From the NCBI GenBank assembly GCA_964584915.1, contig CAZPCE010000003.1, positions 8,156 to 42,115 on the forward strand: 33,960 nt of DNA, written 5' to 3'. Both the position numbers and the translations under genes were made by a program. Positions 1 through 9,972 of this stretch are shown here, one piece after another (position 1 is the stretch's first letter; each line of letters begins with the position of its first letter). The notes beneath the pieces are model-generated. The model was given only the letters and a program-made list of their open reading frames with translations, did not search any database and was not told where the DNA came from. Source of the stretch: an uncultured Arenimonas sp. (GTDB lineage Bacteria; Pseudomonadota; Gammaproteobacteria; Xanthomonadales; Xanthomonadaceae).

Positions 1-2006
1 GAGAATTTCATGTTGCCGGTGCCGGAAGCCTCGGTACCCGCCGTTGAAATCTGCTCGCTCAAATCCGCCGCCGGAATAATCTTCTCGGCCAGACTGACGC
101 TGTAGTTCGGCAGGAAAACCAGTTTCAACCGTCCCGCGATGACCGGATCATTGTTGACGACCTTCGCGACGTCATGCGCCAGCCGGATGATCTGCTTTGC
201 CGTCTGATACGCCGACGCCGCCTTGCCCGCGATGATCACGGTACGCGGCGTCCAATCGGCATTCGGGTTATCCAGAATATCGAAATAGCGCGTGACCACA
301 TGCAGGATATTGAGCAACTGGCGCTTGTATTCGTGGATGCGTTTTACCTGCACGTCAAACAGACTATCGGCATCCACCTGAATTCCGGTTTGACGGAAAA
401 TCAATTCCGCCAATCGCTGTTTGTTCGCATGCTTGGTCGCTTGCAATTGACGACCGAGCACGAGATCACCGGCCTTTTCCTTCAACGCGGACAATCCCGA
501 CAAATCTTTTCGCCAATCGGTACCGATGGTCTTGTCCAGCAGCGCAGACAAGGCGGGATTGGCCTGCATCAGCCAGCGGCGAGGAGTGACACCGTTGGTG
601 ACATTGATGAAACGCTCCGGAAACAATTTGGCGTAATCGGCAAAGATGGTTTGCACCATCAAGTCCGAATGCAGGGCGGAAACGCCGTTCACTTTATGCG
701 AAGCGACAATCGCCAATGCTGCCATGCGGACTCGACGTTCGCCGTTTTCGCCAATCAACGACACACTTGCGACCAAAGCTTCATCGCCGGGAAAACGTTG
801 CCGCACGTTGAACAGGAAACGTCGATTGATTTCGAAAATAATATCCAGATGGCGTGGCAACAGCTTTTCGAACATGGCCACCGGCCAGGTTTCCAACGCT
901 TCCGGCATCAGTGTGTGATTCGTATAGGAAACGGCTTGCGTCGTAATTGCCCAGGCCTCGTCCCAACCCAAATCGTGCTCGTCGAGCAACAAACGCATCA
1001 GCTCGGCCGGCGCCAAAGCCGGATGGGTATCATTTAAATGGATGGCATTTCGGGCACCCAACTGCTTCAAGTTGCCGTGCTCATTCAGATGACGGGCTAG
1101 CAAATCCTGCAATGAAGCGCTGACCAGAAATGCTTCCTGCTTCAGGCGCAGGGTGCGGCCGGCTTCGGTGCTGTCATCCGGATACAACACCCAGTTGATC
1201 GCATCGGCCTCCACTTTGTGCTTGGCCGCCGCCAGATAATCGCCTTCGCAAAACGCCTTGAAGTCAATCGGCTGCTCCGAGCTTGCCTGCCACTGTCGCA
1301 AAGTCGAAACACGTTCGCTTTGGTGGGCCGGCACGATAAAGTCGTAGGCACTCGCGACCATCCTTTCGGCCGGAACCCAGCGACGAACGCCGTTTTCAAT
1401 CTGCACATGCCCGCCAAAACCGACGAAATACTGCAGTTCTGGCCGTGGCACTTCCCAGGGATTGCCATTGCGCATCCAATCATCCGGCACTTCAATCTGG
1501 CAACCGTCCTGGATGCGCTGAGCAAACATGCCGTATTGATAACGCAGGCCATAACCAAAGGAAGGAACGCCCAGTTCAGCAAGGGAATCCAGAAAACAGG
1601 CGGCCAAGCGGCCCAGTCCACCGTTGCCCAGAGCCGCGTCGTTTTCGCTTTCGAGAATATCCGACAGCTGCTTGCCCTGCTCTTCCAGCAAAACCCCTAT
1701 CGGCTCCTGCAATCCAAGGGCGGCAAGCGCATTAGCCAGAGCCCTGCCCATCAAAAACTCCATCGACAGGTAATGCACGCGACGAACCGGTCCCTTGCCC
1801 AATTTATCTTCGGCCTGTGTCGCTTCCCAACGCTGCTCCAAAAGGTTCCGGCATATACCGGCCGCAGCACGGAGAACTTCCGAGGGCGAATTCGTGGCCG
1901 AGACACCTTTATTCAAAAGATCCTCCAATATCCTGGCCTGGGGGGTAAGGCTCGATAATGGCTGTTTTGGGGTGTCGGAATGGCGGTTCATGGGCTTGGC
2001 ATTCAT
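1..2006 (-). CDS. malP: Glycogen/starch/maltodextrin phosphorylase (GT35), 3' end runs off the window
   Basis: Manual minus-strand translation from ATG at 2006 (alternative in-frame ATG 1991) gives GNGGLGRLAACFLDS, LYPDDST..GRTLRLKQE, HLNDTHP, YTNHTLMPEALE, VTNGVTPRRW, QVKRIHEYKRQLLN and EASGTGNMKF (PLP lysine motif at positions ~1-30). Absent from the ORF track because there is no stop inside the window. Confidence 0.95.
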   Translation of the reverse strand, partial: MNAKPMNRHSDTPKQPLSSLTPQARILEDLLNKGVSATNSPSEVLRAAAGICRNLLEQRWEATQAEDKLGKGPVRRVHYLSMEFLMGRALANALAALGLQEPIGVLLEEQGKQLSDILESENDAALGNGGLGRLAACFLDSLAELGVPSFGYGLRYQYGMFAQRIQDGCQIEVPDDWMRNGNPWEVPRPELQYFVGFGGHVQIENGVRRWVPAERMVASAYDFIVPAHQSERVSTLRQWQASSEQPIDFKAFCEGDYLAAAKHKVEADAINWVLYPDDSTEAGRTLRLKQEAFLVSASLQDLLARHLNEHGNLKQLGARNAIHLNDTHPALAPAELMRLLLDEHDLGWDEAWAITTQAVSYTNHTLMPEALETWPVAMFEKLLPRHLDIIFEINRRFLFNVRQRFPGDEALVASVSLIGENGERRVRMAALAIVASHKVNGVSALHSDLMVQTIFADYAKLFPERFINVTNGVTPRRWLMQANPALSALLDKTIGTDWRKDLSGLSALKEKAGDLVLGRQLQATKHANKQRLAELIFRQTGIQVDADSLFDVQVKRIHEYKRQLLNILHVVTRYFDILDNPNADWTPRTVIIAGKAASAYQTAKQIIRLAHDVAKVVNNDPVIAGRLKLVFLPNYSVSLAEKIIPAADLSEQISTAGTEASGTGNMKF

Positions 2007-2069
2007 GCAGGGCGCTGGTATCTGTCGTATGGCTGGACGGCTGATCAGGCTAAATGCCCTTCAGGAAAA

Positions 2070-2084
2070 TGTAGTTTAGTTACA
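2070..2084. promoter_or_regulatory. HexR-type operator palindrome TGTAGTTTAGTTACA
   Basis: 15-bp TGTA-N7-TACA palindrome in the malP/malK divergent region. It matches the known HexR motif type, and an RpiR/HexR regulator is encoded in the locus. Confidence 0.8.
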
Positions 2085-2154
2085 TATAAAACCACGATTA
2101 CCAGTCTAACAGAGTTGAAAATTTTGCTCTATGCCTGATTTTCATGGTTTTAAA

Positions 2155-2169
2155 TGTCGTAAAACTACA
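2155..2169. promoter_or_regulatory. HexR-type operator TGTCGTAAAACTACA
   Basis: Second copy of the same palindrome, 85 bp from the first, upstream of malK. Confidence 0.75.
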
Positions 2170-2285
2170 CAACACAAGGTAAGCTTAGAGTAATTACACG
2201 AATCGAAACAGCCATTGGCTGGCATGGATGGGCATTTGCGCCCATTTAGGCTACAAAGCTATGGCCCGGGCTCAGGAGATATTGG

Positions 2286-3407
2286 ATGGCGGATGTAACA
2301 CTTTCCTCGGTCACGAAGGACTTTGGTCAAACCAGGATTCTGCACCAGATTGACCTTGAAATCCGCGATGGCGAGTTCATGGTGTTCGTCGGTCCCTCCG
2401 GTTGTGGCAAATCGACCTTGTTAAGAGTAATTGCCGGTCTTGAAGACATCAGCAGCGGGGTGTTGAAGATTGGCGGCAAAATCGTCAATGACGTGCCGCC
2501 GGCCGAACGCGGCATTGCGATGGTTTTCCAGTCCTATGCCTTGTATCCGCACATGAATTTGTTCGACAACATGGCGTTCGGACTCAAATTGGCAAAGGTA
2601 CCGAAAGCCGAGATTGAAAAAGCCGTGCAGCAGGCGGCAAAAATACTGCATATCGACCACCTGCTTGATCGCAAACCGAAAGATCTGTCGGGCGGCCAGC
2701 GCCAGCGGGTTGCCATCGGCCGCGCGATCGTGCGCCAGCCCGAAGTTTTTTTATTCGACGAACCACTATCCAACCTGGATGCCGCATTGCGCATGCGCAT
2801 GCGTTATGAATTCGCCAAACTGCACGAAGACTTCAAGACCACGATGGTCTATGTCACCCACGATCAGGTGGAAGCGATGACGTTGGCTGACCGGATCGTG
2901 GTGTTATCGGCCGGAAGAATCGAACAGGTCGGTTCTCCGCTCGAACTTTACCAGCACCCGGATAATTTATTCGTCGCCGGTTTCATCGGTTCGCCGAAAA
3001 TGAATTTTCTCGATGCGGAAATATCGCAAGCAGGCACGGAAAAAACCGTCGTCAAGCTTGCCAACGGCGAGCTGATTACCTGTGACATCAATACATCATC
3101 GGCACGCAACGGCGAGAAAGTGACGCTGGGCATTCGTCCCGAACACCTGTCACTTAATGCCGACAGCAATGCCATCAATACAAAGGTGACATTCGTTGAA
3201 ATGCTTGGCAGTTCAACCCAGGCTTATTGCGAATTCCCGGGCATGCAGGAAGACCTCACCTGCACTTTGAGCGGCCAAACCAGCGTGCGCTCCGGCGTAC
3301 AGCTCAAACTCGGCTTGCCTTCGGATTGCTGTTATCTGTTCAATGCCGAAGGCAAGGCATTTCAACGCCCCGGCAACCCGGTAAGAGCGCTGGAGTCGCA
3401 ACCGTGA
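2286..3407 (+). CDS. malK: Maltose/maltodextrin ABC transporter ATP-binding protein
   Basis: Walker A GPSGCGKST, VFQSYALYPHM, signature LSGGQRQRVAIGR, Walker B FLFDEPLSNLD, YVTHDQVEAM, C-terminal TOBE region (LGIRPEH). GGAG RBS. Confidence 0.95.
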   Translation: MADVTLSSVTKDFGQTRILHQIDLEIRDGEFMVFVGPSGCGKSTLLRVIAGLEDISSGVLKIGGKIVNDVPPAERGIAMVFQSYALYPHMNLFDNMAFGLKLAKVPKAEIEKAVQQAAKILHIDHLLDRKPKDLSGGQRQRVAIGRAIVRQPEVFLFDEPLSNLDAALRMRMRYEFAKLHEDFKTTMVYVTHDQVEAMTLADRIVVLSAGRIEQVGSPLELYQHPDNLFVAGFIGSPKMNFLDAEISQAGTEKTVVKLANGELITCDINTSSARNGEKVTLGIRPEHLSLNADSNAINTKVTFVEMLGSSTQAYCEFPGMQEDLTCTLSGQTSVRSGVQLKLGLPSDCCYLFNAEGKAFQRPGNPVRALESQP

Positions 3408-4585
3408 AAGCTCTTTGCACCGCTGTTTGCATGGCATTGGCCATCTGTACTCCGAGCCCAAGCCAGGCACAAAAAAAACTGCAATTGCTGGTCTGGATCA
3501 ACGGCGACAAAGGCTATAACGGTCTGCAGAAAGTCGGCGATATTTTCGAAAAAGAATCCGGCGTCAAAGTCGTCGTGCAGCATCCGGAAAGCGCGCCAGA
3601 AAAATTCCAGCAATCGAGCGGTGCCGGCAAGGGGCCCGATATTTTTTGCTGGCCGCACGACCGCGTCGGCGAATGGGCGAAATCCGGCTTGATCGCGCCG
3701 ATCAAACCCGGCAAACGAGTCCATGACGAAATCGAGAATTCGGCATGGAAAGCGTTTTCTTATCAGGGCAAGACTTGGGGTTATCCAATTTCGATTGAAG
3801 CCATCGGCCTGATCTATAACAAAGACCTGATCAAGAAACCGCCGGCAACTTTTGAAGAAATCGCCGTGCTGGATAAAGAGCTCATGCGTCAGGGCAAGAA
3901 AGCGATTTTGTGGGATTACAACAAGAGTTTTTTTACCTGGCCCTTGATGGCCGGCTCGGGCGGATACATTTTTGGCCGCAACGCGAAAGGCGATTTCGAT
4001 ACCAAAAAAATCGGATTGAATACTCCCGGTTCGGTGGAGGCGGCCAATTATCTGGCCTCGATGATCAAGACTGGGCAGATGCCGAAAGGCGCCAGTTACG
4101 CGGAAATGGAAGGTGGATTCAGCCGTTCGCAAGTGGCGATGATGATTACCGGGCCTTGGGCCTGGGACAACGCGAAACGCAGCGATATCAACTTCGGCGT
4201 CGCTCCGATCCCAAGCATCGGCGGCAAACAGGCCAAACCCTTTGTCGGCGTGCTTGGTTGCATGATCGCGGCGCCGAGCGATGTGAAAGATATCGCCCGT
4301 GAGTTCATCGAAAACCATTTATTGCGCGTCGATAGTCTGAAAATCATCAACGCCGATGTGCCGCTCGGCACGCCTGCGAACAAGCTTTTCTACCAGGAAC
4401 TCGCCAGCAATCCGAATATTCGCGCCACCATGGAAAACGCCCGCCGTGGCGAGCCGATACCGAACATCCCGGAAATTCAGCGTTTCTTTTTTGCGATGGA
4501 CGCAGCGCTCGAAGCGATCACCAATGGCCGTCAATCGCCGAAAGATGCGCTTGACGGTGCCGCTGCCAGGATGGTCGTTAAATGA
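3404..4585 (+). CDS. malE: Maltose/maltodextrin-binding periplasmic protein
   Basis: LVWINGDKGYNGL, GPDIFCWPHDR, FTWPL, GPWAW, KPFVGVL and PNIP are MalE hallmarks. Start placed at GTG 3404, overlapping the malK stop (GTGA) with GGAG upstream and followed by a signal peptide. The ORF-track start at 3227 is an over-extension. Confidence 0.93.
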   Translation: MKALCTAVCMALAICTPSPSQAQKKLQLLVWINGDKGYNGLQKVGDIFEKESGVKVVVQHPESAPEKFQQSSGAGKGPDIFCWPHDRVGEWAKSGLIAPIKPGKRVHDEIENSAWKAFSYQGKTWGYPISIEAIGLIYNKDLIKKPPATFEEIAVLDKELMRQGKKAILWDYNKSFFTWPLMAGSGGYIFGRNAKGDFDTKKIGLNTPGSVEAANYLASMIKTGQMPKGASYAEMEGGFSRSQVAMMITGPWAWDNAKRSDINFGVAPIPSIGGKQAKPFVGVLGCMIAAPSDVKDIAREFIENHLLRVDSLKIINADVPLGTPANKLFYQELASNPNIRATMENARRGEPIPNIPEIQRFFFAMDAALEAITNGRQSPKDALDGAAARMVVK

Positions 4586-6162
4586 CGCACGACCAGCAGA
4601 GTATTTTCCATTGGCTGAAATGGCCGCTCGCCTTGCTGCTGGGAATCGGCTGCCTTTATTTGACGTTCAACATCTATGTTGCCGGACAGGCATTTTATGC
4701 GGTCGGTTTTTTGATACTCGTGTCATCGGGTTTTTATATTTATCTTTCCAACGCCGCCTTCGCGTATCGGTATTTGTTTCCCGGCCTGGTCGGCATGGCG
4801 GTATTCGTCGCCTTCCCGCTTTTCTATACCGTACAAATCGGCCTGACCAACTACTCATCGAATAATTTGCTTAGCCTGGAGCGCGCGAAAACTTATCTGC
4901 TCGAACAGACATCACCGGATGAAAATCGCACGCTGGGTTACACATTGCATGCCGAAGGCAATGAATTTCGCATCGTATTGATGCCCTTGCACGAACCCGA
5001 GGACGAGAAGAATCCCGACACCTGGGCAGCTTTGCTGCAGAAGAGTTATGTATCGGCGCCATTGGCCTTGCGTGCAGCACAACCACCCGAACAAATTCAA
5101 ATGGTGCCCTTGAGCCAGGGAAGTTTTGAAGTCAACACACCACTGGGCCTTGCCGACGTACTGAAACGCCGCGATGTGCTCAGACAATTGAAACTGCAAC
5201 TACCCGATAAAAATGTGCTGAGTTATGTCGGCGTGCGCGAATTCGGGCCCTTGAATCCGCTCTGGAAAGCCAATGAAGATGGCTCGCTTGCGCTGATTGA
5301 ATCGGGTGAAGTTTACCGCCCGAACCCCGAGACCGGTTTCTTTGAGAACAGCGACGGCAGCCAGATGCAGCCCGGATTCAAGGTCGGCATCGGATTGAAA
5401 AATTACGAACGTATTTTGACCGAACCGGAATTCCGCGAACCTTTCGTCGCCATATTTTTATGGACCGTGGCGTTTGCCGCCTTGACCGTCCTTTTTTCGC
5501 TGATCATCGGCATTTCGCTGGCGGTATTGCTGAATTGGGAAGCACTCCGCTTCCGCACCTTGTATCGAACGCTGCTGTTCCTGCCCTACGCCGTGCCCGG
5601 CTTCATTTCGATCCTGGTATTCAAGGGCTTGTTCAACCAGAACTTCGGTGAAATAAACGCGATCCTGAATGCCGTATTTGGCGTTAAACCGGCCTGGTTC
5701 GCCGACCCGACACTGGCCAAGGCGATGATCCTGATCGTCAATACCTGGCTTGGCTATCCGTTCATCATGGTGTTGTGCAGCGGATTGATCAAAGCCATTC
5801 CTGCCGACTTGTACGAAGCCTCGGCGATTGCAGGCGCAAAACCCTTGACGAACTTTTTCAAGATTACCGCTCCATTGATCGTGAAGCCATTGATGCCTTT
5901 ACTTATTTCGGCATTCGCATTCAACTTCAATAATTTCGTATTGATTTCATTGCTGACCGATGGCCGTCCGGATTTCCTCAATACAAAAATTCCGGCGGGC
6001 ACAACCGATATTCTGGTGTCTTATACGTATCGCATCGCCTTCCAGGATTCGGGGCAGAATTTCGGTTTGGCAGCGGCCATATCCACGGTGATCTTCGTGA
6101 TGGTCGCTCTGCTTTCCCTGGTCAACCTCAAGTTGGCGAAAGTCAACCAGGAAATAAAATGA
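4582..6162 (+). CDS. malF: Maltose ABC transporter permease MalF
   Basis: [25 protein letters not shown], large periplasmic P2 loop, EAA loop ([11 protein letters not shown]), [12 protein letters not shown] overlap with malE. Confidence 0.95.
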   Translation: MTHDQQSIFHWLKWPLALLLGIGCLYLTFNIYVAGQAFYAVGFLILVSSGFYIYLSNAAFAYRYLFPGLVGMAVFVAFPLFYTVQIGLTNYSSNNLLSLERAKTYLLEQTSPDENRTLGYTLHAEGNEFRIVLMPLHEPEDEKNPDTWAALLQKSYVSAPLALRAAQPPEQIQMVPLSQGSFEVNTPLGLADVLKRRDVLRQLKLQLPDKNVLSYVGVREFGPLNPLWKANEDGSLALIESGEVYRPNPETGFFENSDGSQMQPGFKVGIGLKNYERILTEPEFREPFVAIFLWTVAFAALTVLFSLIIGISLAVLLNWEALRFRTLYRTLLFLPYAVPGFISILVFKGLFNQNFGEINAILNAVFGVKPAWFADPTLAKAMILIVNTWLGYPFIMVLCSGLIKAIPADLYEASAIAGAKPLTNFFKITAPLIVKPLMPLLISAFAFNFNNFVLISLLTDGRPDFLNTKIPAGTTDILVSYTYRIAFQDSGQNFGLAAAISTVIFVMVALLSLVNLKLAKVNQEIK

Positions 6163-6172
6163 GGAATTACTG

Positions 6173-7063
6173 ATGGCCATCGTGACCGGAAAAAAACAAC
6201 GCTGGCGTGTGATGGCTTCACACTTGTTCATCTGGATATTGATCGCGGTTACCCTGTTTCCGCTGCTAGCAGTGGTGTCGATCTCGTTGCGGCCGGGTAA
6301 TTTTTCCACCGGCTCGCTGATTCCAACCGAAATCAGTCTTGAACACTGGAAGCTGGCATTGGGAATTTCCTACCAGGCCGCAGACGGCAGCTTGGTAGTG
6401 CCGCCATTTCCCGTGCTGCTCTGGCTTTGGAATTCGATAAAAATCGCCAGCATCTCCGCGTTCCTGATTGTCGCCATGTCGACAACCGCAGCCTATGCCT
6501 TTGCCCGCATGAAGTTCAGGTTTAAAACCGGCATTCTCAACAGCATGCTCTTGCTGCAAATGTTTCCGCTGGTATTGGCACTGGTCGCGATCTATTCGAT
6601 CTTTGAAACCATTGGTGCTTATGTGCCCTGGCTCGGCATTGAAACCCATGGCGGCCTGATCCTGGCCTATATTGGCGGCGTCGCGACCCACATCTGGACG
6701 ATCCGCGGCTACTTCGAAACCATCCCGGTTGAAATTGAAGAATGCGCCAAAGTGGATGGCGCTACGCACTGGCAGGCATTTCGCCACGTGCTGCTCCCGA
6801 TGGCGGTACCTATCCTGATGGTTGTTTTCCTGCTCGCGTTCATCGGCACGATTATCGAGTACCCGGTGGCATCGGTGCTGCTGCGCGAAGAACCCAATCT
6901 CACGCTTGCCGTCGGCTCGAAATATTACCTGCATCAACAGCGATACCTCTGGGGCGATTTTGCCGCAGCAGCCGTTTTGTCAGGCCTCCCGATCACCCTG
7001 GTATTTCTGGCGGCGCAACGCTGGATTGTTTCCGGCCTCACATCCGGCGGCGTGAAAGGCTGA
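6173..7063 (+). CDS. malG: Maltose ABC transporter permease MalG
   Basis: [33 protein letters not shown] loop [10 protein letters not shown]-terminal [16 protein letters not shown]. Confidence 0.95.
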   Translation: MAIVTGKKQRWRVMASHLFIWILIAVTLFPLLAVVSISLRPGNFSTGSLIPTEISLEHWKLALGISYQAADGSLVVPPFPVLLWLWNSIKIASISAFLIVAMSTTAAYAFARMKFRFKTGILNSMLLLQMFPLVLALVAIYSIFETIGAYVPWLGIETHGGLILAYIGGVATHIWTIRGYFETIPVEIEECAKVDGATHWQAFRHVLLPMAVPILMVVFLLAFIGTIIEYPVASVLLREEPNLTLAVGSKYYLHQQRYLWGDFAAAAVLSGLPITLVFLAAQRWIVSGLTSGGVKG

Positions 7064-7124
7064 TCTGCGGTAATTATTCACCGGTATTCTTAACAAGCAT
7101 TTGTAAATTTTAAACGGGGAGCAC

Positions 7125-8639
7125 ATGAACGATAACCGGATTAAAAACATTGTCATCGTCGGCGGCGGCACGGCAGGCTGGATGACAGCATCCGCCCTGA
7201 GCAAGGTCATCGGTCCACAAGTAAAGATTCGACTGATTGAATCGGATGAAATCGGCATTGTCGGCGTGGGTGAAGCGACTATTCCGCAAATCCAATTATT
7301 CAATCGAACCCTGGGTTTGGACGAAGACGAGTTCATGCGTAAAACGCAAGCCACGTTCAAACTTGGTATCGAGTTTGTCAACTGGCGTCGACTGGGTCAT
7401 CGATATATTCATTCGTTTGGTGTCGTTGGCGGTCGCGATCTTGGTGCGGTTCCGTTTTATCAGTATTGGTTACGCCAGAATCGCAATAATCCTGATGCCG
7501 ATATCGGCGAATATGATTTGAATGTCGTTGCATCACGCAAAGGCAAGTTCATGCGCGCTGTTCAGGCACCCAACTCGCCGCTGGAGAAAATCGGCCATGC
7601 CTTCCATTTCGATGCGGGACTTTATGCAAAGTACCTTCGCGGCTTCAGCGAGGCGCTTGGTGTTATCCGTAGCGAAGGAAAAATTGTCGACACCATCCAG
7701 AACAGGGAGAACGGTTTTGTGGAAGCCGTTCAACTTGAACATGGTGAAAAAATAGAGGGCGATCTGTTTATCGATTGCTCCGGCTTTCGTGGTTTACTGA
7801 TCGAGCAGGCGCTGAAAACCGGCTATGACGACTGGACGCATTGGTTGCCGGCCGACCGTGCTTTCGCGGTGCCCTGTGAATCGGCGGGCCCTCCTACGCC
7901 CTACACTCGTTCTACCGCCCGCTCCGCGGGCTGGCAATGGCGAATTCCGCTGCAACACCGCATCGGCAACGGTCATGTTTTTTCAAGCCAGTTCACCACA
8001 CCGGAAGCGGCCGCAGACGTCTTGATGAACAATCTCGATGGCAAGCCATTGGCCGAGCCGCGCATGTTGAAATTCGTGACCGGCCGTCGAAAACAGTTTT
8101 GGAACAAGAATGTGGTGGCGATCGGATTGGCAAGCGGCTTTATGGAACCGCTGGAATCCACCAGTATTCATCTTATCCAATCCGGAATTTCCAGACTCGT
8201 GCATTTGTTCCCGGACAAGAGATTCGATCAGGTCAACATCGACGAGTACAATCGTCAATCGCATTTTGAATTCGAACGGATACGCGACTTTCTCATTCTT
8301 CACTACAAGGCCAATGAACGCGAAGACTCGGAGTTCTGGAAATACTGCCGCAACATGAGCATTCCGGATACGCTCGCGAACAAGATGGAATTATTCCGCA
8401 GCAACGGACGGATCTTCCGGGAAAACAATGAAATGTTCGCCGAAGTCAGCTGGTTGCAAGTAATGCTTGGACAAGGTATCCGCCCAACGGATTACCACCC
8501 CATGGTCGACAACATGAAAGACGATGAAATCACCCAGTTTCTGGCTAACGTGAAAATGGTGATCGAAAAATCGGCCGAAATCATGCCGCAACACGAACAA
8601 TTCATTGCCAAGCACTGTGCTGCAGCGCCGGTGATGTAA
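7125..8639 (+). CDS. Tryptophan halogenase-family flavin-dependent halogenase-like protein
   Basis: GGGTAGW FAD motif, [15 protein letters not shown] (equivalent of catalytic Lys79 of PrnA), DCSG, WQWRIP (WxWxIP), [20 protein letters not shown]. Confidence 0.92.
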   Translation: MNDNRIKNIVIVGGGTAGWMTASALSKVIGPQVKIRLIESDEIGIVGVGEATIPQIQLFNRTLGLDEDEFMRKTQATFKLGIEFVNWRRLGHRYIHSFGVVGGRDLGAVPFYQYWLRQNRNNPDADIGEYDLNVVASRKGKFMRAVQAPNSPLEKIGHAFHFDAGLYAKYLRGFSEALGVIRSEGKIVDTIQNRENGFVEAVQLEHGEKIEGDLFIDCSGFRGLLIEQALKTGYDDWTHWLPADRAFAVPCESAGPPTPYTRSTARSAGWQWRIPLQHRIGNGHVFSSQFTTPEAAADVLMNNLDGKPLAEPRMLKFVTGRRKQFWNKNVVAIGLASGFMEPLESTSIHLIQSGISRLVHLFPDKRFDQVNIDEYNRQSHFEFERIRDFLILHYKANEREDSEFWKYCRNMSIPDTLANKMELFRSNGRIFRENNEMFAEVSWLQVMLGQGIRPTDYHPMVDNMKDDEITQFLANVKMVIEKSAEIMPQHEQFIAKHCAAAPVM

Positions 8640-8657
8640 TGCATATTGGATATTGAA

Positions 8658-9923
8658 ATGACACCTTTCGACCTATCGGTATTATTTTTCCTGCAGCTCG
8701 CCGTGATTCTTGCGGCTTGCCGGATTGTCGGCATCATTTTCAAGAAAATGGGGCAGTCGCAAGTTGTCAGCGAAATGATTACCGGCGTGTTGTTGGGGCC
8801 GTCCCTGCTCGGCTGGGCATTTCCCGAATTCAGCGCCTATCTTTTTCCGCCGGAATCCAAACCGATCCTGTTTGCCGTTTGCCAGGTCGGCCTGGTTCTG
8901 TACATGTTTTTGATTGGCGTCGATTTCGATGTCGATTTGATCAAGTCGCGCATTCGCAGCGCGGCCTCGGTATCGGCTGCCGGCATCGTGGTTCCTTTTA
9001 TCTTCGGCGGTTTGATTGCGCTTTACCTGGTTAGCGACACTAGTTTGTTCCCCGAGAAAACCACATCCCTGCAAGCCATGCTGTTCATGGGGGCGGCAAT
9101 GTCGATCACCGCTTTCCCGATGCTGGCGAGGATTATCTTTGAACAAGGACTGTCGAAGACTTCCACCGGGACTTTGGCTTTGGCTTCCGGAGCGATCGAT
9201 GATGCGGCCGCCTGGTGTGTGCTCGCGATCGTGCTGGCCAGTTTCCAGAAAGATTTCAGTCTTGCCGTTTATGCGATCGGCGGCGGCATCAGTTTTGCGG
9301 TGATCACCTTGGTGGTGATCAAGCGATTGCTGTTGCCGCTCGGCCGAATGGTAGAGGCCGCCGGTGAAATGAGCCAAGGGACGCTCGTTTTCGTTTTGAT
9401 GCTGGCCATGCTGGGCGCATGGTTCACCGATACCATCCAGATCTATGCCGTCTTCGGCGCGTTCATCATGGGCATCGCGATGCCACGCGGGAAATTCGCC
9501 AAGGAATTGCATCGACTAATCTATCCGCTGACGACAGCGTTTCTTTTGCCGGTATTTTTTATCTACTCCGGTCTCAACACCAAAATTGGCTTGGTCAATA
9601 CGCCTTACTTGTGGATGATTACCGGCATCATTCTGATTGCCGCGATTGCCGGAAAAGGCGGCGCCTGTTATGCCGCTGCGAGGCTCAATGGCGAACCCCA
9701 TCGCGAGGCGATGGCAATCGGCACGCTGATGAATGCCCGCGGCTTGATGGAACTGATCATCCTGAATATCGGACTGCAACGCGGCATTATCGAACCTGCG
9801 CTGTTCACCATCATGGTCCTGATGGCGGTTGTCACCACATTGATGGCGACGCCGATTTTCGAGCGTGTCTACGGTAGCAAAGTCCAGCGTGAAAAAATCA
9901 ATGCCGCCATTTTGGTCAAATGA
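8658..9923 (+). CDS. Cation:proton antiporter (CPA2/Kef-type membrane domain, no cytoplasmic KTN domain)
   Basis: About 12 hydrophobic segments with GQSQVVSEMITGVLLGPS, SITAFPMLARI, GAIDDAAAW, FGAFIMG, MNARGLMELI. Start taken as ATG 8658 (ORF track TTG 8646). Confidence 0.9.
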   Translation: MTPFDLSVLFFLQLAVILAACRIVGIIFKKMGQSQVVSEMITGVLLGPSLLGWAFPEFSAYLFPPESKPILFAVCQVGLVLYMFLIGVDFDVDLIKSRIRSAASVSAAGIVVPFIFGGLIALYLVSDTSLFPEKTTSLQAMLFMGAAMSITAFPMLARIIFEQGLSKTSTGTLALASGAIDDAAAWCVLAIVLASFQKDFSLAVYAIGGGISFAVITLVVIKRLLLPLGRMVEAAGEMSQGTLVFVLMLAMLGAWFTDTIQIYAVFGAFIMGIAMPRGKFAKELHRLIYPLTTAFLLPVFFIYSGLNTKIGLVNTPYLWMITGIILIAAIAGKGGACYAAARLNGEPHREAMAIGTLMNARGLMELIILNIGLQRGIIEPALFTIMVLMAVVTTLMATPIFERVYGSKVQREKINAAILVK

Positions 9924-9972
9924 GTGCCGTTTCAAGAATGCACGCGGAAGCCAATAGAACGGACTATTTACG

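Noticed and set aside
1-2006. Apparent absence of a long ORF, suggesting a phosphorylase pseudogene
   Set aside because: The minus-strand frame from 2006 stays in phase with the NMKF motif at the window edge. It is missing from the track only because the stop lies outside the window. The 159-aa, 287-aa and 246-aa ORFs here are off-frame or antisense shadows.
1-2285. Missing amylomaltase malQ as a pathway novelty
   Set aside because: The locus is cut at the left edge, so malQ or pgm could lie just downstream of malP outside the window.
3227-3403. N-terminal extension of malE in the ORF track
   Set aside because: It overlaps malK by ~180 bp. The GTG at 3404 has an RBS, stop-start coupling and a signal peptide.
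7102-7116. TGTAAATTTTAAACG upstream of the halogenase, and the half-site at 2184-2198, as further HexR operators
   Set aside because: Only one half-site matches, within AT-rich DNA. Too weak to call.
7125-9923. Classical halogenated natural-product cluster (pyrrolnitrin/rebeccamycin-like)
   Set aside because: No prnB/C/D, NRPS, PKS, flavin reductase or precursor peptide is visible in the window.
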